64,000 nt of DNA, from the NCBI GenBank assembly GCA_036785375.1, contig JAWMAR010000415.1, positions 186,001 to 250,000 of the forward strand. Direction: 5' to 3'. Under the pieces are notes generated by a model. It was not told where the DNA came from. It made no database searches and saw only the letters and a list, made by a program, of their open reading frames with translations. Shown in pieces: positions 38,040 through 50,577 of this stretch. This DNA is from Leucoraja ocellata. Lineage: Eukaryota. The translations under genes and the position numbers were made by a program. Each line of letters opens with the position of its first letter. The stretch's first letter is position 1.

Positions 38040-38935
38040 AGGATTAGCAGCTCGATGTTCTAAGGTTTTGATGTTTCAAACATGACAGAGAAGGACATAA
38101 AAGAGATGAAGGATTTGTTTTACGAATTGGGGAGAATGTCACGGCGGTCCACAAGAGATATTAAGAGAGGACACTGTTTCATTCCACTGAGTCAATATGG
38201 GTAGAGCTCAAGACTACGAAAGATATAATACTATGGATCTCCCAATAGCTAGCGGGAAATAGAGGAACAAATGTGTAGACAGATTACGGAAGATGCTAAA
38301 GTAATAGTGGGTGACTTTAACTTCCTGAAAGAAAGAAGCAAAATGCTGGAGTAACTAGGTGGGTAAGGTGGCATCTCTGGAGACCATGGATAGGTGATGT
38401 TTATGGCCGGGACCCTTCCTTAGACTGGGAACTTCCCCATTATTCCTCTATTTAATTTTCCCAATATTGACTGCGTAAAGGTTTAGATGGAACAGAATTT
38501 GTTAAGTATCTAAGAGGGTTTTCTGAAACAGTATTTGAATAGTTCAACTCTAGAAGGACCATACAGGGCCTTTAATTGGGAAACGAGCCTGGCCAGGTAA
38601 CTATTATGTTAGTGGATGAGTATTTTGGGAACAGTGATCACAACTCTGAAGAAGGGTCCCGAACCGAACCGACCCGACCCGAAATGCCACCTATTCCTGT
38701 TCTCCAGAAACACTGCCTGACCTGCTGAGTTAAATTAGCACAGTGTCTTTTTGTTAATTCATTTTAAGATAGTCATGAATAGGAATAAATCTGGACCTTA
38801 CGGGAACTAAGTTGTGGCAAGGCAGATTGCAGTATTATTAGGCAGGAGCTAGGAAGAGTATTGGAAGCGCTTGTTGTGGTGTAAGTCCACATCTGACATG
38901 TGGGGACAACTTAAAGGCCAGATGATCAGAATGAA
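38040..38935 (+). mobile_element. CR1 LINE ORF2 endonuclease fragments
   Basis: ESIWVEL, VIVGDFNF and GNSDHN AP-endonuclease motifs, interrupted by Penelope-derived repeats. Confidence 0.7.
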
Positions 38936-39395
38936 TGAATTAATACTTTATTGTCACAGTGAAATTTTTTTAGTATGCAAAAAGTCACCACATAAAGGGT
39001 GTCAACAAAGTTTCAAAGTATCCCAAGCCAGGTCCTCCTTTGTTCTGCTCCCCCTTCCCCCTCCCCCCCCCCCCCCCCCCCCCCTTACTAGCAGAGGTGT
39101 AAAGATGGCACACTAAGGGAACCTTGGATGACCAAAATCATTGTAAATTTAGTCAAAAAGAAAAAGGAAGCAATTAGAAAAATGATATGGAGGGATATGT
39201 GGAGAGGGGATTGGATTAGCTTGGCATCATGTTTAGCACAGTCATTATGGGCCAAAGGACCGCTCCTTTGCTGTACTGCTCCACTTACTTTGTCGCAAAA
39301 TCTAAACTGCCAAGTAAGAGATAACTGAATGATTCTAACCCCAGTCTCAGTAACCTCGCAAACATATTCTGCATGATTTACACAGTTTTACAAAT

Positions 39396-40125
39396 CATCA
39401 TCATCGGCAGTCACTCGAAACAAGTATGATTGTCCTCTCCTCTCCATAGGGTCGTCTACTTGTGGGTCTGCAGATGTCTGTAGAGGCCGACCTGCGATCC
39501 ACACACCTTGGTGCAACGTGGGCAGTGGAGACTGGCGGTGGTTGGTAGTCGTCGAGTTCCCTTCTCTCTCTCCTTACGGTGCTGTTGCTTTGTCTCTGCG
39601 ACATGGCGTAGTTTCATTTCATGACGTGCAGCTCCTTCCTGCATGGATTTCCTCAAGGAGCGCCTGTCCTGTGCAATGTGCTCCCAGTTGCTCGATGTGA
39701 TGTGGAATTTCTTCAAGCTGTTCGTGATGTTGTCCCTGAAGCGTTTCTTTGGCCCGCCGGGGGCTCGCCGACCTTCCTTCAATTGAGAGTACAGGATTTG
39801 TTTAGGGAGACGTGTGTTGGACATGCGGATGACATGGCCATTCCATCAAAGTTGGTGCTGCATTATTGTGTTGGTGATGCTGGTCATGTTGGCTTCCTCC
39901 AAAACGCTGATGTTGCTGCGTTTGTCCTCCCAGCTGATCCTCAGAATCTTTTGTAAGGATCTTTGATGGTATTGTTCCAGGGCTCTCAGGTGCCTGCTGT
40001 AGGTGTTCCATGACTCGGCTCCATATAACAGGGTGGAGAGGACAACGGCTCTGTAGACCTTGTTTGAGCCTTTAGGTCTCAGTCTTCAGACTCTTTTCCT
40101 GAGTCTGGCGCAGGCTCCACAAGAG
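39396..40125 (-). mobile_element. RTE-clade LINE 3' portion
   Basis: RLPKQILYSQLKEGRRAPGGPKKRFRD ... CPRCTKVCGSQVGLYRHLQTH; (GAT)n tail. Confidence 0.85.
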
Positions 40126-40225
40126 CAGGAAAACAGTACTCTAAACTCACAACTTTCATGGACGATATAAAATTCCCAGGAGAAGCGGGTATCTCAAAAA
40201 TCACAGATACCATTTTTAGTATATA

Positions 40226-41427
40226 CTAGACCAAATGGGACCCATTGGGTCTCGTCCCCCAACGCGCTCGGGGGGCGCACGGCTTCACAGGGGAGGGCTG
40301 GTCCCCAAACGCAATATTCCACCACTCATCCATAGTTCCCAATACTCACCACACCCTAGAGCAGAAGGGGTTAGAGAGGGAGGGAGGTGCAGAGAGGGAG
40401 GGGGGGTAGAGAGCGAGGGGGGGTAGAGAGCGAGGGGCGACAGAGAGGGAGAGGGAGGGGGTAGAGAGGAAAGGGAGTAGAGAGGGAGGAGGAGAATGGT
40501 AGAGAGGGTGAGGGGCAGAGAGGGAGGGAGAGGCCTTACCCCATCTCCCTCCTCATTTCCCTCATCCTTCTCCCATTCCCTGCCCCAGGATCTACCCAGG
40601 TCATAGAGCAGCGCCAGGGCCTGGTTCTCGTACTCGACCCGGCCCTGGCTGTAGACCCAGGCTCGTCCTTGCTTCTAGCGACAGCCTCCTGCCATCAGCT
40701 CAGCTGCCGCCTGGGCTCCAGTGCTGGTTCCGACTTCACCGTCCCTGACCCTGGACCCAGGCTCGTCCTTGCTTCTAGCGACAGCCTCCAGCCGGGATCT
40801 CGGCCGCCGCCTGGGCTCTAGTCCAGGCCCACGCTCATCCTTAGTTCTAGCGATCAGCCTCCAGCCATCAACTCAGCCGCCGCCTGGGCTCCAGTGCAGG
40901 TTCCAACTTCACCGTTCCTGACCCTGGACCCAGGCTCGTCCTTGGTTCCAGCGGCGGCGGCTTTATTGGCCCCAGTCACGGCCCCATCCTAAGCCCCGGG
41001 CTCGGCTCTCACTGCAGCTCGAGCACCAGGCTCGGCTCCAGCCGGGGCCCGTGGCTCCACCCTCTCCACTAGATGTCGGGCGCCGGCATCCGCCGCACGA
41101 GCGCTGCAGTGCCCCTCCCTCCCGGAGTGTCCCATCCTGCCTTGCGTGTCCATTGTGTCAGGGTTTTTTTTCCGAATTGGCTGAATTTTCGGGCTGTTTT
41201 TAAAACTATAAAGGATTAAAAAGTTCAGAAATATAGGTGGGAATGCAACGGAAAGACGTTTATCGCCTCGAGGGGGGAAATGTGAGTAGAATGTGTGATA
41301 AATTGGGGAGGTTGTAGCGTAGCGTTTGTAAGGAAATGAGAATCAAGCAGATTGTGCCCAGATGACACACACCCACACACCCACATATACATACACACAA
41401 ACAAGATGAGAGTTTTAGTTATATAGA
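40226..41427 (-). mobile_element. Complete non-autonomous Helitron (1.2 kb)
   Basis: Minus strand begins A|TCTATATAACTAAAA and ends with a GACCC-AAT-GGGTC hairpin followed by CCATTTGGTCTAG|T. AT target site with no TSD. Confidence 0.85.
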
Positions 41428-41924
41428 TAGAAGTAAAATAATAGCAATGACAGTATGCATGTAAAATTAATCAAACTACTACATTCAGTTGTAGTGCTGG
41501 TAACTCTGGTGTTTTGTGGCTTCTGTGGTGGCCAAAAGCAACCAAACACCATGGGTGACAAGAAAGATTTTTTCTGTTAAATAGTTTGTTGATTTTGCAT
41601 GGATGAAAGAGGGAACCAGACTTAACCAACAACAATCAGCTTAAGTACAGTAATTGGCATTCTCTGTTTATTTTGTTGAGTTCAGGAATCCCCTGTGGCC
41701 ATTCCACTTGAAAACATATTGAAAACATATATACCCTTTTAGAGAGGGAAAATGTGAGAAGAATGTGTGAAAATTCACTTGAAAAATTGGCTGAGTTTCT
41801 CCGACACTTTTGTATACCCTTTTGGAAACTGTTCAAGGGATGGGGGGGGGGGGGGCAGTGGGGATAGCAGCAGCAACAGCAGTCAGGTCTATGGGTCAGA
41901 GGGGAAGGGTCAAGTCAGGACTGA

Positions 41925-42552
41925 GCGATTGTTATAGAAAACTAATTAATTAAGGGGACAAACAGGAGATTCTGTGGCTGCAAATGGGACTTCAAGTTGG
42001 TGTGTTGCCTCCTGGGCGCCAGGGTCCAGGATGTCTTAGAGCAGCTGCAGAACATCTTCAAGGAGGAGGGTGAGCAACCAGAGGCTGTTGTGCATGTTGG
42101 CACAATTGTCTTGGGTAGGAATAGGGATGAAGTCTTGCAGAACAAATACAGAGAGTGAGGCATGAGGTTAAAATGCAGGACCTCAAGGGTAGTAATCCCT
42201 GGATTATTCCTATAGTCATGTACTGGTGAAGGTTGGGATAAGAAAATAGGACTGCTGAATGATGGCTCAGGAGTGGGTGAAGGGGGTGGGACTTGCATTT
42301 TTGGACCCCTGCTTTTCTGGGGCAGAGGTGACCTGTACAAGAGGGACAAGCTGCACCAGTATCCTTGCAGGGATGTTTGCTAGTCAGCTACTCAGATGTG
42401 TTTAAATTAAAGTGTTGGAGGAGTTGAAATCAGAACAAAATGTCAGCAAATGGACGGAGTGGTGGGAAGGAAGATGTTAAATATGGTGAAACTAATGCGC
42501 TGAAGTGTTCTTAATTCCATACAGGAAGTTTCATAAAAAGAGCAGATGAAGT
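41925..42552 (+). mobile_element. CR1 LINE ORF1 (SGNH esterase-like) to ORF2 start, degenerate
   Basis: VCCLLGARVQDVLEQLQNIFKEEGEQPEAVVHVGT motif typical of CR1 ORF1. Confidence 0.75.
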
Positions 42553-45500
42553 AGGAGACAAGGAACTGAAAATGCTGGTTTATGAAAGAAGACACAAAGT
42601 GCTGGAGTAACTCAGCAGGTCAGGCAGCATCTCTGGAGAACATGGATAGGTGACGTTTTGGATGTGAAGAACAGTCCCAACCGAAAACCTCACCTATCCA
42701 TGTTCTCCAGAGATGCTGCCTGACCCACTGAAGTATCTGTGACCGACCAAGGTTTGTGGCCTCCAGAAGCAGAGCTAGCATCCCAAAGAGCAATGTCCTT
42801 AACTCCAGCAGAGACAGCAAGCTACTATTAATTTTTTTCTGCTGTATGATTGGAGATGTTTTCAGCTTTCTATTTTTTTCGCTGCCTAGGTGATGGTCTT
42901 GTTGGTTGATGAATAGTTATGGAATTTAATTAACAGTGGGCGAATGTCCTCTTTGTAAAATACGTCTGTTTGTTGTAACGGGGTGCTCTTTTAATTGCAG
43001 AGGTTAAATTATTGATGTTGCATGGAACCTAGTTTGTAAATTTGCCATTAATTGAGGACAAGTGCAAGGAAATTGTCAGTGGCTGACACTGAATTAATAA
43101 AATGGATATGCTGATCTGTATTCACCTTTCATGTTAATGCACCCAGTCTAATTATGGTGGGAAATTATTATTTCTTTCCCTGTGGTGAGTCAGCTCAGCT
43201 AACAAAATCCAGTAATGCAAAATTGGAATATGATATTTTCCTGCATAAATTTTGCCTTCGATCCAATTATAATGCCATCAATTATATAAATTACCATGGA
43301 AGCTTTTATATCACAATTTAACCACAACATATTTTATAAACAATAGGCACTGTAGCCTATTTTATGTCACTGAATCTGAAATCCAGAGTTTCTTTTGCTC
43401 CTGTACAAAGGCAGTGTTTGCCTGCAGAAAGGTTTTATTTTGAACCCGTTCATTTGCCCAGACAATGATATGCTATACCGCTAAATTAATCTGAAAATAG
43501 AACACAGCCCAGTACAGTAGATAGTTCCTACATCAATCTGTTTCTTTAACTACTTGAGATGGGTCCACGTTCTGTACATAAGAGAGATAGGGTGGTGGAA
43601 GGCTGCACTTGTGGGTGGAGGAGATGCTGAGGCACAGGCAGTGGGTGAGCCTCCATAGATGTGTGTGGGAAGTGGGGTTGTCTCTGTGTGGCTGGCAGTA
43701 CATCTGATGGGGTAAACTTCACACCAAAATGCCCCTATTTTCAGCCAATGGCTCCCTTTAGTGCAGAGTTGGTGAAGAGAAAGACCACCACGATGGCAGG
43801 AATGTACGAGGCCTTTGCTGACTTGATACCAAGGAGTAAGAGTTGAGCTGAAGATGATCTGTCAAGGACTAGAAGATGTAGCTTTACGCTCGGAGGAGCA
43901 AAGTTTAAAGGAGATGTGCGGGACAATTCTTTTCACACAGAAAGTGTTGGGTGCCAGGGGTGGCGGTGGAAACAAACAAATCCGATAGTGGCGTTTAAGA
44001 GGCTTTTAGATAGACAGACAGATATGTAGGGTATGGAGGTATATGGGTGACCTGCACGCAGATGAGATTAGTTCAGCACAGACATGATGGGCCTAAGGGT
44101 CTGTTCCTGTTTTGTAGCATCCTGTGAAAGCACTAACAGGTAAAACAGGTCAGGTCAAAATCTAGGCAGTATGAATTTAGTAGAAGACATGCAAGAAACA
44201 AATAATTACATAGTTAGATTAAGAAATAACAGTTTATTCACCTTTGCTCACATTAAATTATGGCTCAAAGACAAATAAAATGGCTGGATATTATTTATTT
44301 TTGCTCTGAGTCATGGATGAATCAAACAATCGCAGCAAGCACTGTCATTCAATTTTGTCACAGTGGCTTGGACAGGCGTTTGGAGGAAATGTATTATGTT
44401 GATGGATCTATATCAAAAGAAGGGACACGTATAGTGCCACATATGTCCATTCCTAAATCTTAAATTTAGCACGGTTTCACTGATCAACCATTCCTATTAT
44501 CAAATCCCTGATGAGAGAGACTCTGCAGCTATTGTTATACGTTGCCTCAATCATTCAGATAGTTTCATTCTAATGAGATTGTGCTTTCAAGTGAGATAAA
44601 CAAAGGGAAATAATCCCTATCTGGAGAGAAATGTAATGCCTTCACAATGTAAATGGTTTCAGATGGGACTACAACCATCTGTGTGTTCTTAAACTGAAAA
44701 AATAAAATAAAATGCAGAGGGCCGGGCTATTTGCCTAGCTTCTGAGATGTTTATAACGAAAATGATAGCTTCTGTTTAAATGAATAAAATAGATGATTAA
44801 ATTAAAATTATAATCTAGGAATTTTAATTTGAAAGAGAAATAATTCCAAGCTGGTTTACACGCCGTCGGACCGACAGCAACTTCGAGTTGTAATCTAATA
44901 AAATGTAATATGTAAGGAGCAGACCTTTCATTCAATTGGGCTGACTCCACCACACATGGAACACTACAGCACAAGAATAGGCCCTTCGGCCCACATTGTC
45001 TATGCCATCACTTATCTACCTGCTCGTAACCCATATCCTTCCTGTCCCTGCATTCCAGATGCCTATCCAAAAGTCTTTTAAATCCCTCTAGTGTATGTAC
45101 CACCACCACCACCACTTCAATCACCACCCCCGACAGCCCATTCCAGGCACTCTCCACTCTCGGTATAAAAAAAGACTTGTCCCACGCATCTCCTTTAAAC
45201 TTTCACCTCAAAGCAATGCCCTCTGGTATTTGATTTTTCCACCCTGGGAAAAGAGTCTGACTGTCTACCTTATCTATGCCTCTCATAATTTTATATACTT
45301 ATGTCAGGTCTCCCCGCAATCTCCAGCCTTCCAGAGAAAACAATCCAAGTTTGTCCAATCACTCCCGGTAGCTAATACTCCTTAATCCAGCCATCGTTCT
45401 GGTAAACCTCCTCTGCACCTTTTCCAAAGCCTCCACATCCTTCCTGTAATTGGCGACCAGAAATGCATACAATACTCCAAAAACATCTGAACCAAAATCC

Positions 45501-45976
45501 TACAAATAGCCATTTAAATCATGGTTGATCCTCCATCTCCTTACCATTTCTCCTGCAATATTTCCTTTGATTCTCTTAATGTCTAGAAACCTATGAACCT
45601 TATTTTTGAATGAACTTAATGACAGACTCCATGGCACTTTAGACTAGAGGATTCTAAATATTCAGCAATAAATGTTTGCTCATTCTCAGTCCAAATGCCT
45701 ACCATTTACTGTGAGACTGTGATCACCCAGCTTGATTACTTTCATTACATCCACAATGTCTGTTCTCTATCATGGAGCCAAATGCATATGAAATGCAGGA
45801 TTTTATCATTCTATTGCATCCTTAAGATAATTTATTATTTAGTCTCCTTGCACCTCAGGAAGATGATTTGAGAGAGATGTCAACTACCCTTGGTTATAAT
45901 TACAATCCAGTAGATAAAGTAACCCACTGTAAGCTATACCATGTCAGCATTTTCATCTTTTGGAATAAATTTTTAA

Positions 45977-46066
<90 letters not shown>

Positions 46067-46769
46067 TAAGTCTGTTCTTTCCACTGTAGGACTTCTAGGT
46101 CTGGAAATTCCTCAGAATAACCTCTAGGAATTTTCTGGCCTTGGATATTCTTTCACATTTTCTCAGTTGTGTATAGTTTTTTTTTCTCCAGGACACTCCT
46201 TAATTTAGTTCAAACATGTTTCAAACATTCATGAAAAGCTGAATTGATACAATTTTTTTAATTTATCTTTTATCAAATCTAATATTTTTTAAATTTACTG
46301 AATGGACCTGCAATTATGAGACAGCAACCAGCCTATTTTCAATTATCTATTTTACAGTTTTCTGGTGTAAAATGAAGCAAACAACTATTTTCTGAAAATT
46401 TGAAATGGATATTCGTGTGATTTCAATGTAATTTAAAACAAGCTTTCCATTTAGACAATAGACAATAGGTGCAGGAGTAGGCCATTCAGCCCTTCGAGCC
46501 AGAACGTTCAATGTCATCATGGCTGAAACATTTCTGAAACATTTTTGCAGACTTAAGTAGGATGAAGAAAATGGTAAAAGAAAGTAGAGGCAAACCAAGG
46601 TGTTTTAATAAATGAACAAGTATCAATAATTTAAATGTTCAAGAAGGAACTGCAGATGCTGGAAAATCGAAGGTAGACAAAATTGCTGGAGAAACTCAGC
46701 GGGTGCAGCAGCATCTATGGAGCGAAGGAAATAGGCAACGTTTCTGGCCGAAACCCTTCTTCAGACCCT

Positions 46770-46976
46770 CTCTACTACACACGACCATACACGACATGTA
46801 TTACCCGCGACATGTCGCCAGGGGTCACCTGTATGGTCGTGAGACGTCTCCTAGTCACCCAAAGAGTCGTAGCGTCTTTCTGGTCGCCGCTGAATTTTCA
46901 ACATGTTGAAAAATTTCGGCGACCTATGACGGGTGCCGGCAGTCGCCAAAAAAGTCTCGTAAGTGGGACAGGCCCT
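46770..46976. mobile_element. Harbinger-type MITE, truncated
   Basis: Ends TAAGTGGGACAGGCCCT|TAA; subterminal GGCAGTCGCC shared with 30501-30712. Confidence 0.7.
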
Positions 46977-47178
46977 TAACTGTCATATGTTCTATGATCG
47001 GAACAATTAAAACCCTACATGCTCCGGCTTTGCATGTGCATTAATGCAATAACACAACAAATAAATATATAACAATCAATGAGCCAATGAATAATCAGTT
47101 ACCAGGCCCTAATAGTTAAAAAAAAAACCATTGTGCAACCTGAAGAAAGTCCATAATAGATAGTTGCTGCGATAGGGT

Positions 47179-48570
47179 TATCACATTTACATAAGTATTC
47201 AGACCCTTTGCTATGACACTCAAAATTGAGCTTAGGTTTATCCTTTTTCCATTGATTATCCTTGAGATGTTTCTACAACTTGATTGGAGTCCACCAGTGG
47301 TCAATCAAATTGATTGGACATGATTTGGAAAGGCACACACCTGTCTATCACAGTTGACAGTGCATCTCAGAGCAAAAACCAAGCTATGAAGATGAAGGAA
47401 TTGTCCGTAGACCTCCGAGACACAGATCTGGGTAAGGGTATAAAACAATTTCTGCAGCATTGCAGGTCCCGAAGAGCACAGTGGTCCCCGTCATTCTTAA
47501 ATGGAAGAACTTTGGAACCACCAGAACTCTTCATAGAGCTGGCTGCCCGGCCAAACTGAGCAATTAGGGGAGAAGGGCCTTGGTGAGGGAGGTGACAAAG
47601 AACCCGATGGTCACTCTGACAGAGCTCCAGAGTTCCTCTGTGGAGATGGGAGAACCTTCCAGAAGGACAACTATATCTGCAGCACTCCTCCAATCAGGCC
47701 TTTATGGTCAGACAGAAGCCACTCCTCAGTAAAAGGCACATGACGGCCCGCTTGGAGTTTGCCAAAAGGCACCTAAAGGATTCTCAGACCATGATAAACA
47801 CGATTCTCTGGTCTGATGAAATGAAGATTGAACTCTTTGGCCTGAATACCAAGCGTCACGTCTGGAGGAAACCAGGCACTGCTCATCACGGTGAAGCATG
47901 GTGGTGGCAGCATCATGCTGTGGGGATGTTTTTCAGCGGCAGGAACTGGGAGACTAGCCAGGATCGAGGGAAAGATGAACGGAACAAAGTACAGAGAGAT
48001 TCTTGATGAAAACCTGCTCCAGAGCATTCTGGACCTCAGACTGGGACGGAAGTTCACCTTCCAACAGGACAACGACCCTAAGCACACAGCCATGCCAACA
48101 CAGGAGTGGCTTTGTGACAAGTCTGTGAATGTCCTTGAGTGGTTCAACCAGATCCCAGATTTGAACCCGATCGAACATCATTGGACAGACCTGAAAATAG
48201 CATTGACGCTCCCCATCCATCCTGACAGAGCTAGAGGATCTGCAGAGAAGAATGGGAGAAATCACCCAAATACAGATGTGCCAAGCTTGTAGCGTCTTAC
48301 CCAAGAAGACACAAGGCTGTAATCGCGGCCAAAGGTGCCTCAACAAAGTACTGAGTAATGGGTCTGAATACTTATGTAAATGTAATATTTCAGTTATTTC
48401 TTTGTAATTACTTTGCAAAAATTTCTTAACACCTGTTTTCACTTTTGTATTATGGGGTACTGTGTGTAGATTGATGATAAAAAAAATAATTTAATCAATT
48501 TTAGAATAAGGCTGTAATGTAACAAAATGTGGAAAAAGTGAAGGGGTCTGAATACTTTCTGAATGCACTG
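47179..48570 (+). mobile_element. Tc1 (DD34E) transposon of IR/DR type, left TIR truncated, transposase frameshifted
   Basis: [26 protein letters not shown] and QQDNDPKH..(34 aa)..PDLNPIE motifs. Right TIR ends GAATGCACTG|TA with internal GGGTCTGAATACTT direct repeats. Confidence 0.93.
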
Positions 48571-49558
48571 TATTTCAGACCATAAACCAGTAAAATATTC
48601 AACAGAAACATTAAAAAAGGGAAAGCTGGATGTTTTTTTAATGTCTGTGCATATGGGCGACACATCCAGTAATTCAGAGTGTGTAGGAAAGAACTGCAGA
48701 TGCTGGTTTAAATCAAAGGTAGACACAAAATACTGGAGTAACTGAGCGGGACAGGCAGCATCTCTGGAGAGTAGGAATGGATGAAGTTTCGGGTCGAGAC
48801 CCTTCTTCAGACTAATGCAGAGCGCTCTTGAGATATGATAGATTTCAGCTAGCGTAAAAGAACATAGAGGGACAATGATTCAAAGACAATGATTCGTCAG
48901 CTTCCAGTACCTTAAGTATGATGGTATTTTTAATTTTTACATCGATTATATTTTCACTTTGGTCTAAAGTGAGCCTGGTAGTTAATCTCACATTCTTCTC
49001 TAAAATAAAAAGCTGGAAAAAAATACTTTGCCTCTTTGCAATTAATTTATTTAGTTATCATTTTATCTGTGGTAAAAGGCACTTTTCTCACACCTGCTGA
49101 TCATAGAATGAAACTGTTAATTCTATTTTTGTGGGTAGTGGGATCTTTACAGATTTTAAACAAATGCCTGAAAAGACTGGTGACAGAATTTGCACTGACA
49201 TTTACCTTTATCTTACATAGAACTATTCAGATGTGGCTTTATTATCTTGTTGAATGCAACTTGCTATGTTTTGTCTGTCTGGAACATTTAAACTAGTTAC
49301 CTGTAATGTTTTTACCTATCTATAAAAGCTTATTTTTCCTTTCAAGCTGATTAGATGTTTTTTTAGAAATTATTCTCTTTGACGACTGTGTTTCTGTATT
49401 TTAAACTTGTGTGGCCTTTGTTCACTGTCGCTGTTTTTATTATTTTCTCAATTTCAATGGAAGAAATTCTATTCAGTACTGTGAACTTTCTATGTGTGTG
49501 CTGTGAAAATGTACCCTAAATTTCTTCTCCCTTCCATTCTGCCCTTGTTTCTTCACAG

Positions 49559-49631
49559 TCATTGTATACAGCAGATTCTAGAAAGTGTAAATCATTGTCA
49601 CCTTAATGGCATAGTTCACAGGGACCTGAAG
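49559..49631 (+). CDS. CAMK2D: CaMKII delta exon 6, variant a ([24 protein letters not shown])
   Basis: 73 bp, CTTCACAG acceptor, GTCAGT donor. Contains the catalytic HRDLK motif; [12 protein letters not shown] is the delta-type sequence. Confidence 0.96.
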
Positions 49632-50472
49632 GTCAGTATTTACCCATGAACTGCAAGCAGAATACCTTAAGAGGGGTGGGAAAACTATCTTAAAGATCTC
49701 TCTCACCTCAGTGCAATCTGCATGGTGCCTCTTACCAATTTGCAAGTCCACATGTCTGCTATGCATCATGGCTGAAACCTTTGGAATGCATTTGGGAAAG
49801 TCGTTTACATTTTAACATTCTGGGTGCACTATATTTCTGCAAAGCCTGACTTTGAACTTTTATGGTGAATTTCCAATATGTCACAATACTTATTGGAAAA
49901 CTGGTTATGATGCATTGCCATGTGTGAAATAAAACACCACTTCTGTTCTGAGACTTAGGCTGTGATAGCAAGTATTTACACAACTGGTCACACGTTACTT
50001 CATTAGAATATGTATAGGCAAAAGGTGAAAATGAGTGGAATTATTAATATCTGTCGACACTCATTTAAACCTAAATTAGCAACTTCATGCTGACTACTAC
50101 TTAAATGACGAAACATATTAATGAAAAATGCAAAACAATGTTTATAACATGTTCTTGAAAAGCACTTGCTTTCCAAAGGAGGTTATGGCAATTGTTAAAA
50201 TAATACAAATTGTTGAAGTTCTGTTACTATTTTTCCATGGGCTAATCATAATGTTATGATTGAGGATCCAGCCAATAATTTCTCCCTCTTGAATAAATTT
50301 GCCCATATACAGAGTTAAAGAAAATGAACTACTGATTAATAAGCCAAAGGTTATTCTGCTGGAGCACGTGTGTTTAGATCCATTAAGGATGACTTGTGAA
50401 AATACCCGTTGTTTGCTATTAACCATAAAGCCAGTCTCTCCAGCAGTACACAGAGAGTGAGTGTCAGCTTGG

Positions 50473-50504
50473 TACTAACACACACCCCTGGTGTTTGCAT
50501 GCAG
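50473..50504 (+). promoter_or_regulatory. Branch point and 3' splice-site region of exon 6b, with QKI/SF1 (TACTAAC) and RBFOX (TGCATG, 50496-50501) motifs
   Basis: Perfect TACTAAC about 26 nt before the AG; TGCATG occupies the polypyrimidine-tract position. Confidence 0.7.
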
Positions 50505-50577
50505 TCATTGCATTCAGCAGATCCTGGAAGCTGTGCTACACTGCCATCAGATGGGTGTGGTCCATCGAGACCTGAAG
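50505..50577 (+). CDS. CAMK2D: CaMKII delta exon 6, variant b ([24 protein letters not shown]), mutually exclusive alternative
   Basis: Second 73-bp exon with the same phases and an open frame. TACTAAC branch point at 50473-50479, GCAG acceptor, GTGAGT donor; alpha/beta-type peptide. Confidence 0.93.

Noticed and set aside
47704-48292. Active Tc1 transposase
   Set aside because: It is split by frameshifts and deletions, and the left TIR is truncated.
50505-50577. Exon of a separate CAMK2A/B gene or a pseudo-exon
   Set aside because: It lies between delta-type exons on the same strand with intact splice signals and frame, so an alternative exon is the simpler explanation.
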